From: an uncultured Gammaproteobacteria bacterium
Lineage (GTDB): Bacteria; Patescibacteriota; Microgenomatia; Levybacterales; GWA1-39-11
DNA: 64,000 nucleotides
Assembly: GCA_964504535.1 (NCBI GenBank)
Contig: CAZDED010000003.1
Coordinates: forward strand, 6,850 to 70,849
Direction of reading: 5' to 3'
The position numbers were made by a program, and so were the translations under genes. How positions within the stretch are numbered: the stretch's first letter is position 1; each line of letters opens with the position of its first letter. Below the pieces are notes generated by a model. The model worked only from the letters and a program-made list of their open reading frames with translations, had not been told where the DNA came from and did no database searches. Of the stretch, positions 44,381 to 53,767 are shown in pieces.

Positions 44381-45033
44381 CGCCACCCCTTCAACGTATT
44401 AAGTTGAGCTTCTTCCGCTTTGGTCAAATTCTTAACAGCAGTAGTATCTGCATTTAATGGCCTAACGGTAACTGGTTTGTAATAAAAATTCACGTCTAAC
44501 CTTGCATCGGATTTTGCCAGATCAATAGCTTTAATATCTACCAATGGGATACTTTTATATAATTCCTGGGCAAATTTTCGCAAATTCAGATTATCTCCCT
44601 CTGCGTTCACAAGAATATTAAGAAAAGGAATTCCATTAACCACCTTAGTTGTAGGTTGCACTTTTTTATCACTTTCTGCGGTATAAATTCCTCCAACTTT
44701 TATACTAAACCCCCCAAGCTTTACTCCTGATCTTTCAGCCGCCTTATTAAGCTCGGTATATATTAGCACTACGTCTTTTTGTAAAGGAAGAGCAGTTGTT
44801 ATCACTTCATAGTTCTCATCAACTACTGCTTGAGGAAGGGAATTGAGGAGAGTGACACTCTGTTCCTTTGCTTCAACACTTGCTGATTTTGTCGTCAGTA
44901 ATGATTGCACATCTTGGATATCTGACCATTGTGGAATCACAATCCTAAAAAAAACAAAAAAGGATGCGAATCCGAAGATCAATGGCAACAATTGTTTTTT
45001 CCTTCTTCTATAAATTTGCTCTAATTCATGCAT
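44377..45033 (-). CDS. pilO: Type IV pilus assembly protein PilO-like
   Basis: N-terminal TM helix and periplasmic domain. It is immediately downstream of the pilM and pilN genes. Confidence 0.5.
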   Translation of the reverse strand: MHELEQIYRRRKKQLLPLIFGFASFFVFFRIVIPQWSDIQDVQSLLTTKSASVEAKEQSVTLLNSLPQAVVDENYEVITTALPLQKDVVLIYTELNKAAERSGVKLGGFSIKVGGIYTAESDKKVQPTTKVVNGIPFLNILVNAEGDNLNLRKFAQELYKSIPLVDIKAIDLAKSDARLDVNFYYKPVTVRPLNADTTAVKNLTKAEEAQLNTLKGWR

Positions 45034-45034
45034 G

Positions 45035-45571
45035 TTACTTGAAAGTTATTACAAATGTAAGACTATATTTCAAGGTTTTCGGATTGAGACCAAATGACCG
45101 TAGATCAATTTTTCTAATTCCTCTTTTTTTGTCTGTCGCTAGCTCAGCGATCTTACTTTCGATAAGATCATTCAGCAAAGACAGGCTGTCTGATTCCAAT
45201 GTAATCTGCATATCGGTATCTGTACCGTTGATTGCATCTACAGCAGTATCCGAAGATATAACTCCTGATACCGAGTCCAGACGGGATACAACTGGAGATC
45301 TCTTACTGAGCACTTTCTGAACATCTGCTATCCTGCTTTTTATTTCGATCAACTTATCCTTCTTTTCTTGCATGGCAAGCAACTGAGAATTTAGCTTTTG
45401 CTCTTTCTGATCAAGACTGTCATACGTTCCCCTCAGAACAAGCCTATAGACAATAAGCCCTAAAGAAATGACAACAGTGGCACAAAAAACTCCGACAGTT
45501 ACATAAAAGAATTTCTTTAAAGCACTATCTACGCGTTTCCTTCCAAGTGTGAGATTGATTCCTTGTTTCAT
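45035..45571 (-). CDS. pilN: Type IV pilus assembly protein PilN-like
   Basis: A short cytoplasmic N-terminus, one TM helix, then a coiled-coil. Its position between pilM and pilO supports the call. Confidence 0.55.
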   Translation of the reverse strand: MKQGINLTLGRKRVDSALKKFFYVTVGVFCATVVISLGLIVYRLVLRGTYDSLDQKEQKLNSQLLAMQEKKDKLIEIKSRIADVQKVLSKRSPVVSRLDSVSGVISSDTAVDAINGTDTDMQITLESDSLSLLNDLIESKIAELATDKKRGIRKIDLRSFGLNPKTLKYSLTFVITFK

Positions 45572-45576
45572 AGAGG

Positions 45577-46602
45577 CTAAATTGCATCCTTTAACGCAAG
45601 CCCTGATACAACATTATAGCTTAATGAGTCAGCGCCGATTTCTGGTGGAACATTTTTCATATCATAGACTTGAAATGAACTTCCCAAAACGACTTGAATA
45701 TTGAGTTGATTGGTGAAGTAAATATCAACTCCCGGTAATTGAGCAGACCCTCCGGACAGAATCATTTGTGTGATAGTTTGGTTAGGGTTTTTCTCCTTAT
45801 AAAGAAGCATCGTCTTTCTGATGTCTCCTAAAATCGATTCAAGAATAGGGAAGAGTGATTTTCCAATTTTTCCTTCAAATGCATCTTTATTGAGACCATA
45901 TGCCTTTTTGTATGAATCTGCCTGCGTAAGATCTATGCCAAGGTCAAGTGAAATAGCACGAGTTATTGCAATTCCCCCCTTGTCCACGGTAAAAACCATT
46001 ATTAATTCTCCATTTTCAACGACCGCAATATTTGTTGTTGCCGCTCCCATGTGAACGATCATGTTTGAACTTGCTGTATTAACAAGCGGAAATATTGACC
46101 TGTGGACAGAAAGCATCTCCGTTTCAATAGTTGAGGGAACCAAACCAAGCTCATCAAGTACTGTTTCATATTTCTTGATCAGTGCAAGTGAAGCAGCGAC
46201 CAAAAGTATTCTGGAGGTCTTATTTTGAGCAGTTGATGGACTAAGAACTTGCCAATCCGTTTTTACTTGATCTAAGGGGAGAGGGATATATTGCTCCATT
46301 TCATACTTTAAAGCAGCTGCTAATTCCTTTTCGGAAAGAGCAGGCATTTCTATTATCTTAGTGTAAACCTGACTCTCAGGAAGTGCTACATTTACTTCTT
46401 TCTGCTTTATGTTTGCACTTGTTATGATCTGCTTTACCGCTTCAGCAAATTTATGAAGATCTTCCGGGGACTCAGACATAATCCCCTTTTGTGGTGCAGG
46501 ACCAAGTCCCATGGACTCAATAGCAAAAGAGTTCCCTCCCTTTTTAAGAGAAAGCGCCTTTATAGACGTTGTTCCGATATCTAACCCGAATGTATCGCTC
46601 AT
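45577..46602 (-). CDS. pilM: Type IV pilus assembly ATPase-fold protein PilM
   Basis: Actin-like fold, FGLDIGTTSIKAL N-terminal motif. 341 aa. Confidence 0.75.
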   Translation of the reverse strand: MSDTFGLDIGTTSIKALSLKKGGNSFAIESMGLGPAPQKGIMSESPEDLHKFAEAVKQIITSANIKQKEVNVALPESQVYTKIIEMPALSEKELAAALKYEMEQYIPLPLDQVKTDWQVLSPSTAQNKTSRILLVAASLALIKKYETVLDELGLVPSTIETEMLSVHRSIFPLVNTASSNMIVHMGAATTNIAVVENGELIMVFTVDKGGIAITRAISLDLGIDLTQADSYKKAYGLNKDAFEGKIGKSLFPILESILGDIRKTMLLYKEKNPNQTITQMILSGGSAQLPGVDIYFTNQLNIQVVLGSSFQVYDMKNVPPEIGADSLSYNVVSGLALKDAI

Positions 46603-47480
46603 TGTGACAGTAATGAATAGGGAAATATTTCAAGTGGCAGTTGAGGATAAGACTGGAAGTATACGACTTTTCTAACAGTGTCTCCAGATGTTCCTGTTGA
46701 TGTAACAATAGACCCTTGAGCTGGAAAAACAACACCTGATGACTGAAATCCAACGAGGCTTGAATTAAATATAGGAATAACTTTCATAATAAGTCCATTC
46801 GAAAGACTAGCTCCTCCAAAAGTCAGTGAAGCTGAATTTCTAAAAGTAACTCCTTTTAAAGTATAGGGACCGCCTGACGTAGTACCTGCTGTAGCGCCAG
46901 AAATTCTGGAGCACCCAGCTGCTTCGTATACATTTTTTTGGATAGTAGGATTGGCAACCGTTCCCCTCAAAAGGACGACTTCAATTGCAGGTGCAACACT
47001 ATCTCCACTTGAAGCAGAACAGGAAGTTTGTGAACTATTCCCCCAGTAGATAGTTATTGCTACAGGACTTCCTCCACCCATTTGATTGAGAAAGAGGCTC
47101 GCTGGATTTGCTGAATAGTCAGAAAGCCAAACATCAGCACCCGATGCCTGATCTACCTCTTGGCCATTATTGACAATGATAGCAGTCCCATTATCTGTCG
47201 TAAAAGTCGTGGAGAATGAAGCGTTGTTATCTAGATTAATTGGAGAATTTAACGTACCAATAGCACTTTGCCGTTCTATTGTTTGTTGTATTCCTGATTC
47301 TGCTGCCTGAAATGCCCTCTGAGACTCTTCATTTTGCTTTGAGAGCTTTAGCTCAGTAACAACTCGAGCAGCAATAGAAAGACCTACGGTTAGTGCAACA
47401 ATCATTGTGAGTACAACAATGAGGAGGATTTGTCCTTTCTGACCACCACGAATAAACCCATTTCTAAAAGACATAGACAT
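46599..47480 (-). CDS. PilX-like minor pilin / pilus-associated protein
   Basis: The N-terminal QKGQILLIVVLTMIVALTVGLSIAA matches the PilX_N pattern. The rest is Ser/Thr/Gly-rich and extracellular. Confidence 0.45.
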   Translation of the reverse strand: MSMSFRNGFIRGGQKGQILLIVVLTMIVALTVGLSIAARVVTELKLSKQNEESQRAFQAAESGIQQTIERQSAIGTLNSPINLDNNASFSTTFTTDNGTAIIVNNGQEVDQASGADVWLSDYSANPASLFLNQMGGGSPVAITIYWGNSSQTSCSASSGDSVAPAIEVVLLRGTVANPTIQKNVYEAAGCSRISGATAGTTSGGPYTLKGVTFRNSASLTFGGASLSNGLIMKVIPIFNSSLVGFQSSGVVFPAQGSIVTSTGTSGDTVRKVVYFQSYPQLPLEIFPYSLLSQ

Positions 47481-47539
47481 ATCAATAATACGGTCAAAGC
47501 AGAGAAGATGTCAAGCTACGACCTGCTATGCAGGTTACG

Positions 47540-48133
47540 CTATGGGCTGAAATTTCGCATCGTAACGGAGGTATTAAAAGGGCTATTGGCGGTATTCTCA
47601 TTTGTAGCATTTGCGCGTTGAGATACAGTGAAAGAAACACTAATAATGGGCTGGGAATAGGGGTTGGCATCATTTTGTAGGCAAGAAAAAGTGCAGCTGG
47701 CAGGATCAACCTTAACGGTATTGTTGTCTATTAAATATGTTGTTACTGTCCCGCTGGTCGATGCAATACTCTGAGTTTGAGCATCACATGAAAAACTTAT
47801 AAGAGAGTCATCCGCTTGTTTAAATTCGATGGACGTCTTTTCAGTACTTTGTAGTGGATCGGTGCAATCAGAAACATCAACACCTCCAACTTTTGTCACT
47901 GACTCTGCCAATCTTGCAGTATTTGAAATGATTGAAAGAGCATAATTACCATTTTGAGAGACATCATTTGTTACTTTAGTCTTATTGCCACCACGCAAAG
48001 TAGAGTAGAGAATCCCAACTATTAGCCCCGACACAATTACAATGATGCTTGTAACAGCCAAAAGCTCAACAAGAGTATAACCCTTTTGGTTATTTTGTAG
48101 TTTGTAGTTTATAGTTTTTTGTTTGGGAATCAT
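47540..48133 (-). CDS. Type IV prepilin-like protein (pseudopilin or minor pilin)
   Basis: Class III signal ...NNQKG|YTLVELLAV with Glu at +5. Cysteine pairs in the C-terminal part. Confidence 0.7.
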   Translation of the reverse strand: MIPKQKTINYKLQNNQKGYTLVELLAVTSIIVIVSGLIVGILYSTLRGGNKTKVTNDVSQNGNYALSIISNTARLAESVTKVGGVDVSDCTDPLQSTEKTSIEFKQADDSLISFSCDAQTQSIASTSGTVTTYLIDNNTVKVDPASCTFSCLQNDANPYSQPIISVSFTVSQRANATNENTANSPFNTSVTMRNFSP

Positions 48134-48612
48134 GGGTTACTGGCCGGATAAGCATATGGCATACACGCAATTAATTCCGACTTGTGACAAAAAGTGTTTG
48201 ATGCTGGACACTTTGTCGATATCCATTTAACGCGCACCGTAACTTTTATTTCAGTATTTGGACATTGCCCGCCGCTTGGCGAAAAGACAACGGTTCTATT
48301 AAAAGTAGTTCCTAGATTAATGCCGGTATCGCTGCAGGAAGCAGTAGTTAATGTATTGTTTTCTTCATCAATGCAGTACGTTGCATTTTGATTAAATGAC
48401 GCAAAAGTGGTGAGATCATTTTTTTGAATATTGCGTACAAATTCTATGCCTTGCTGCGCGTACTTATTTGCCTGATTTTGTTTTTTAATAAAAGTTGAAT
48501 TATATAATCCGTTAACAATAACAATAGCAATAGCCGTAATAATAAGAAGGATCGTCATGAGGGCAACTATTGCTTCGATTATTGTTTGACCACGTTGTAG
48601 TTTGTAATTCAT
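48130..48612 (-). CDS. Type IV prepilin-like protein
   Basis: MNYKLQRG|QTIIEAIVAL with Glu at +5. The ORF extends to 48645, but the Met at 48612 gives a typical leader length. Confidence 0.65.
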   Translation of the reverse strand: MNYKLQRGQTIIEAIVALMTILLIITAIAIVIVNGLYNSTFIKKQNQANKYAQQGIEFVRNIQKNDLTTFASFNQNATYCIDEENNTLTTASCSDTGINLGTTFNRTVVFSPSGGQCPNTEIKVTVRVKWISTKCPASNTFCHKSELIACMPYAYPASNP

Positions 48613-48613
48613 A

Positions 48614-49159
48614 TCATTGAACAGAAATATTTCCTCCAGAATCAACAGCTATAGTTTTTGTCTGGTTGTAACCTGTCAGAACAATGTTACAAGGAGCACC
48701 ATTTGCTGTCGATGAAAGAGGGCTGAAGTGTATCTGCGAACAGGTCGTAGCACCTGAGAACGTCAGATTATTCGGAAGTACTAAAAGTTTTATTCGAGAG
48801 GGATTAACACTTGCGCAGAGCTGATTGAGTTCTATCTGTGAATTTCCGAGTATATTTATTGTGTAACCGCCCAATGATTCTGACCCGCAAGATATAGTAT
48901 TTCCGCTGAGGTCTTGATTTGTTTTGACAGCTGAAAGAGCATTAAAACGTGCCTGACTTATTAATAGTTTGATATTGTTCGCTGTTTGGTTAACTTGTTG
49001 AGAATGGCTATATGAAACAAAAGAGACAATACCAACACCCGAAAGCACAGCTATAATACTGAAAACAACAAGCAGTTCAATAAGCGTGAAACCCCTATTA
49101 ATAGTTAGTAGCTGGTAGTTGATAGCTAGTAGTCTGCTTGTTTTGTTTTGGAACTTCAT
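48614..49159 (-). CDS. Type IV prepilin-like protein
   Basis: MKFQNKTSRLLAINYQLLTINRG|FTLIELLVV. Confidence 0.7.
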   Translation of the reverse strand: MKFQNKTSRLLAINYQLLTINRGFTLIELLVVFSIIAVLSGVGIVSFVSYSHSQQVNQTANNIKLLISQARFNALSAVKTNQDLSGNTISCGSESLGGYTINILGNSQIELNQLCASVNPSRIKLLVLPNNLTFSGATTCSQIHFSPLSSTANGAPCNIVLTGYNQTKTIAVDSGGNISVQ

Positions 49160-49186
49160 AACAATATATTAACTAATAAATTTTAG

Positions 49187-49200
49187 CTAATAGCTATTAG
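49187..49200. promoter_or_regulatory. Perfect 14-bp palindrome CTAATAGCTATTAG, about 30-40 nt upstream of a pilin start codon. A second copy is at 49716-49729, with partial copies at 49695-49705.
   Basis: The sequence equals its own reverse complement. Copies sit in the short intergenic spacers between consecutive prepilin genes, upstream of the genes that start at 49159 and 49685. Confidence 0.3.
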
Positions 49201-49202
49201 TC

Positions 49203-49685
49203 TCATGGGCTGGTTAACTTGAAAGGTACATTCGGGGATGTGCAAACGCCGGCGTCTGCCTGATCAGTATCTTTCTCAGAGTCATTTGAGTTCTCCAAGC
49301 AACCAAAGAGAGTATATGTCGACCCATCAGCAGCAGCCGTGTATATGTACGGATCGCCCGTAACAGGATCACATGGAACTTTTTGCATATATACCGTGCC
49401 GTTTACCGATATACCATTGCCACATGTAGATAGTGATGCAGTGGCAGGATAATCGCCATTATCTGCTCTATACAGCTCCAAAGCAGACTGGAGCTGATAC
49501 ATGTTTGATTTTCTTTGACCATCACGACCACGTTGCCGTGCCCCGATAAAATTTGCAGTCAAAAGTGCAGTCAGTATCGCAATGATCGAGATTGAAACCA
49601 ATAGTTCGATGAGCGTGAAACCTCGAAGTGTTTTTCGCTTTGAGTTCTGATTTATAGGCAGGTTATTCATGTCTATATTCATCAT
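49203..49685 (-). CDS. Type IV prepilin-like protein
   Basis: ...NQNSKRKTLRG|FTLIELLVSISIIAIL. Confidence 0.7.
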   Translation of the reverse strand: MMNIDMNNLPINQNSKRKTLRGFTLIELLVSISIIAILTALLTANFIGARQRGRDGQRKSNMYQLQSALELYRADNGDYPATASLSTCGNGISVNGTVYMQKVPCDPVTGDPYIYTAAADGSTYTLFGCLENSNDSEKDTDQADAGVCTSPNVPFKLTSP

Positions 49686-49728
49686 ACTACAATCTAATAG
49701 CTATCAGCTAATATCTAATAGCTATTAG

Positions 49729-50300
49729 TTATGGTGATATATTCGGGCTTGTAACCCCATAGTTGCAAGCAACGTTCGTTCCGCAGGTTATATTTGTTCC
49801 TCCCAATCCTGTCCCTTGCGTGCTTTGGCAAGCATTCCCACTATTGCAAGCCTGTGGATCATTTCCACCCCTGTCTAAGGCTGCGTAGAGAGCATATGAT
49901 TGTCCTGTAGAATCAGACCAATATGCATAACTTTTAGCAGTCTTGGGATCAATTGGAAGAACATCCATGTACGGACTCCATGTATGTCCCCATGCAACAG
50001 CGGTACCACTAGTTCCATCTGAAGAGATTTGATTCGCGTTGGCTGCTTGGTAAACAGGAGGATATCTGTGGAAATCATTGTAATATACCTCTAATGCTCT
50101 CTGAACTTGCGCAAGATCTTGTTTTCTTTTGGAATCTTGACTCTTATTAAATTGCTCAACTGGATTTACAACCGCTAAAATGATCGCTGATAAAACCCCA
50201 AGGACTCCAATGACGGTTATTAGCTCAATCAATGTGAAACCAAAAGCAGTAGGCAGAAATCTTTTGTCTTTTGACTTCTGTCTTTTGACTTCTGATGTTA
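49729..50300 (-). CDS. Type IV prepilin-like protein. Its true start is probably internal, because the ORF overlaps the pilD 3' end.
   Basis: ...RFLPTAFG|FTLIELITVIGVL. The ORF is open to 50421, but that would give a leader of about 70 aa overlapping pilD. Confidence 0.6.
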
Positions 50301-51059
50301 GAGGAAGTGGCCGATGAAGATTTGAAGAATTTTTTCTCCCCAAAAAAGGGAAATTACGACTGATGCTACTAAGAAAGGTCCAAATGGAATAGTGCTTCCA
50401 AAAAAGTGCAATTTGCGCCATACAACCAGTATGATTGAGACCAAAGCACCTGTCAAGAAAGCTATATATAAGGCTACAAGGACAGATGGAAAGCCCAATA
50501 AAAACCCTAGGACGAATGAAAATTTTACATCCCCAAAGCCCATACCTCTGCCTTTTGTAACTACAAATAAAAACAGAAAAAATAACAGAGCACCAAGACC
50601 TGCGTATAGATGGTTTGTGAGCGAGATATGCTTCTCGTATAAAAAGGCTATACTTCCAACCATTGAGAGAATAACCAAAAGATCAGGGATTATTCCATAC
50701 TCTATATCAGCAAAAAAAATACCAATAAGACACCAAAGAATAACTGCAAGAAATATCGCAGATAAAAAAGTTATTGTCTGTGTCATAAAAAGACCCATGA
50801 CAAATACAAATGTGATTCCCGTCAGACTCTCGACAATAATGAGCCTTTTCGGTATATTTTTTTTACAAAATCTACATTTTCCTCTTAAAATTAGGTAGGA
50901 AAATATCGGGATCAGATCAATGGGGGAGAGTGTTTTTTTACAGTGTTCACAGTATGACCGCCCACCAACAATGCCTCTTCCGGTTGACAGTCTGTCTATA
51001 ACAACATTTAAAAAACTTCCCAAGACACTCCCAATAATAAATGCCAGCAACAATTCCAT
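50298..51059 (-). CDS. pilD: Prepilin peptidase (A24 family), PilD
   Basis: N-terminal CxxC...CxxC zinc motif (CEHCKK...CRFCKK) and a polytopic membrane domain. 253 aa. Confidence 0.85.
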   Translation of the reverse strand: MELLLAFIIGSVLGSFLNVVIDRLSTGRGIVGGRSYCEHCKKTLSPIDLIPIFSYLILRGKCRFCKKNIPKRLIIVESLTGITFVFVMGLFMTQTITFLSAIFLAVILWCLIGIFFADIEYGIIPDLLVILSMVGSIAFLYEKHISLTNHLYAGLGALLFFLFLFVVTKGRGMGFGDVKFSFVLGFLLGFPSVLVALYIAFLTGALVSIILVVWRKLHFFGSTIPFGPFLVASVVISLFWGEKILQIFIGHFL

Positions 51060-51072
51060 TAGTTAAGTATAC

Positions 51073-53097
51073 CTATTTTTGCACTTCTTTTGTTATAGCT
51101 TTCTTAATATCTTCATTAAAAACTTGTCTGAAATGTTGAGAAACCCCATCTATCTTTTTAGGATCCTTATAGCAATTTACCGCATTAAAGTACCAGAAAT
51201 AGTAATAACTTTTCTCGATAGGATAAAGATCTATGGCTTTTTTCATATCCGTATCTGCATCAGAACAATTTCCAAATTGACTTTCTACTCTTGATTTGCC
51301 GGCGTACCCTTTAGAAAATTCCGGATCTATGACGGTTGCGTATTTGTAGTATTTAGCAGCTGCACTAAAATCAGCATACTCATTAAAAAATATATCCCCA
51401 ATTTTTACAAATGAATCAGCATAATACGTAGGAATGTCTGAAGTTGTTAAATTTCTTTCAAAGGGAAGCAATTTTGTACGCTCGGGAATATCAATATTTG
51501 CGAAATCGGAAGGGAACATCTTTCTATAATCTTCGATTTTAGGAAAATTCTTTCTCTCAATAAGCTGATACCCGATCCCTCTTGGCAACCACATAAAGTC
51601 AGGATTATTAAGTTTGATTTGAGTTGTTGCAAAAACAGGTCTATTTTTAGATATTTTTTCTATAGTTCTAAAAAAAGCATACAGATCATCTTTCTTATAT
51701 TCTTTTTTTGATCGTTCAAAAATTGGAGTAAAGTAGTCATTTCTTATAGCAAAATTCCCAATCTCAACAAGATCTATGTCTGGACGAATTTTCTTCACGA
51801 AGTGCACGTACCATGTATTAAATGATTTCGTGTCTCCTTCAGCTACAAGCAGTGATCCCTCCGGCAGATTCCTCATAAAGTTGGCACCAAATTCATTGCC
51901 AATTGAAAGCTGGGAAAGATTTGTCCTTTGATAATTTTTAGCAAACTGCAGGATAGGAATTAACACAAAAACTGAAAGTAGCACCACTGAATAGATTTTT
52001 TTTGAAAAAACTCTTGCAAAAAACGTATAAAGCAAAAGTAACCCCCACGGGAAAAAAATAACCACCATAACTTCTGATAGGAGATAAAATCGCTCAACAG
52101 TTGCAAGGACAAAGTTATTGGTTATTGGAAAAGCGGCATATAGAACAAATACTGGTCCCACAAGAATAGTTGAACCGATCAGGGAAAGACCAGCATATCT
52201 TTCTTTGCGAAGTAGATTTATCGCTCCAAGCAACGAAACTATAATAACAGGAAGTGTTAATGACATGGTGATTGACTCGAAATAATTCTTCAAGAGAAAA
52301 CTTCTCAGCTCATAAGCAGGGCGAGGGAAAATACCAGCAGAAAAAGTACCATAATCTCTTCTCAACACAAGATCAATGAAATTAGGCAAATTTTTGGCAT
52401 CATCCCAACTGACAATCGGATTTCTTGATGCTGCGAGTGGAATATAAAAGTAGGGCAGTAGACCAACTAAAAACAACAGCGGCACTACTAAAAGTTTTTT
52501 ACGAAAAGCAAAAATTTCTCTCCTTTTATTTATTCCCAGAAGAACCACCAAAGGAACTAGCATAATTATTGTCATATGGTTTGACATACCTAATCCCAAG
52601 AATAAAAAAGTCAGACCCAAATTCTTGAATTCCGTTTTTTTGTAAAAAACTAAAACATTATAAATAAGGCAAAGGGAAAGGAATATATTAAGCATAAATA
52701 CCTCAGGAATTTCACTATAAAGCCAAAAATGATAGGAAAATGCCAGAGAACCAATACTCAAGGCTTGGATCAGTTTATTCGGAATAAATAGTTTTGTGAT
52801 GTTCCAAAAAATGTAAAGAGAACCGATTGCAGCAAAAACAGATATAAGACCCACATTTGTTACCGGTTCAAGGTTGAGGTGTATATGGCTTAGTATAAAA
52901 CCAAGGAGTGTAAAGAGTGGATATCCGGGTGGATGAGCAACTCCTCTAACAACTGCCGCGGTAACAAGATCACCGACATCCCCACCATATACATCAGCAG
53001 TCAAACCAGATATATAGAAATATAAAATTACCGACAAGAGTATAAAAATTGAGAATGAGAAAAAGCTAATTCGCAGTTTCGCGCTACTAATAGACAT
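51073..53097 (-). CDS. Large polytopic membrane protein with C-terminal TPR repeats: DUF2723/TMEM260-like, GT-C-fold candidate glycosyltransferase
   Basis: About 11 TM segments, N-terminal GDVGDLVTAAVVRGVAHPPGYPLF, and C-terminal TPR-like repeats (YYKYATVIDPEFSKGYAGK...). It is embedded in the pilin gene cluster. Confidence 0.45.
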   Translation of the reverse strand: MSISSAKLRISFFSFSIFILLSVILYFYISGLTADVYGGDVGDLVTAAVVRGVAHPPGYPLFTLLGFILSHIHLNLEPVTNVGLISVFAAIGSLYIFWNITKLFIPNKLIQALSIGSLAFSYHFWLYSEIPEVFMLNIFLSLCLIYNVLVFYKKTEFKNLGLTFLFLGLGMSNHMTIIMLVPLVVLLGINKRREIFAFRKKLLVVPLLFLVGLLPYFYIPLAASRNPIVSWDDAKNLPNFIDLVLRRDYGTFSAGIFPRPAYELRSFLLKNYFESITMSLTLPVIIVSLLGAINLLRKERYAGLSLIGSTILVGPVFVLYAAFPITNNFVLATVERFYLLSEVMVVIFFPWGLLLLYTFFARVFSKKIYSVVLLSVFVLIPILQFAKNYQRTNLSQLSIGNEFGANFMRNLPEGSLLVAEGDTKSFNTWYVHFVKKIRPDIDLVEIGNFAIRNDYFTPIFERSKKEYKKDDLYAFFRTIEKISKNRPVFATTQIKLNNPDFMWLPRGIGYQLIERKNFPKIEDYRKMFPSDFANIDIPERTKLLPFERNLTTSDIPTYYADSFVKIGDIFFNEYADFSAAAKYYKYATVIDPEFSKGYAGKSRVESQFGNCSDADTDMKKAIDLYPIEKSYYYFWYFNAVNCYKDPKKIDGVSQHFRQVFNEDIKKAITKEVQK

Positions 53098-53147
53098 TAA
53101 AGAATGTTATATCAAAAAAATTGTTTTAAGAGAAGACGGGAGAAAGA

Positions 53148-53714
53148 TTACTGTGTGCACCAATAACAGTTGGCGTTGTTAGGAGCGACTGGATTGTTAG
53201 GACCTCCTACGCATGCGTTGTTTGAGCTAGGCGCAGTTCCATCCTGGTTGTACTTTGTATTGACATCACGCTCTTGTGATTTTGATTTTGGCTGATAACA
53301 CATTGTTATATTTCCACCGGTTTCGCTCGCATAAAGATTTTGCAAAATACCGGTTGCTGTCGTAAAAGCTGGTTTTAGCTCACCCTCGGTAACAAGCACT
53401 CCTAAACAGGTAGTGAACATTGCAGAATCACTAAAGAGATTGACCGCTGAGAGGGTATTGTTACCTACGCCCATACATTGAGCACCAGCAGCTCCCCACG
53501 GCATCGCACTATGAGTAGTGTAGTAACGGATGTTTGCATTTAAGAACTCCACTGCTGTATTTTTGGAATTTGCATCTTGAGCTTTATTTAGCTGTTCGAA
53601 TGGATCAATAGTAGCGACTAAAGCAGCAGCAAGTATACCGAGGATACCAATAACAACTAAAAGCTCGATCAGGGTGAATCCTTTTTGTAACTGTCGGACA
53701 GGTGACAATTTCAT
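53148..53714 (-). CDS. Type IV pilin, a major-pilin candidate
   Basis: MKLSPVRQLQKG|FTLIELLVVIGILGILAAALVA, with C-terminal cysteines suggesting a disulfide-bonded D-region. The ORF is open to 53753. Confidence 0.75.
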   Translation of the reverse strand: MKLSPVRQLQKGFTLIELLVVIGILGILAAALVATIDPFEQLNKAQDANSKNTAVEFLNANIRYYTTHSAMPWGAAGAQCMGVGNNTLSAVNLFSDSAMFTTCLGVLVTEGELKPAFTTATGILQNLYASETGGNITMCYQPKSKSQERDVNTKYNQDGTAPSSNNACVGGPNNPVAPNNANCYWCTQ

Positions 53715-53767
53715 ATTAAGTCCATCATAACCACAATGAATTTCCCTTGTCAAGGGGTACTTTAGAA

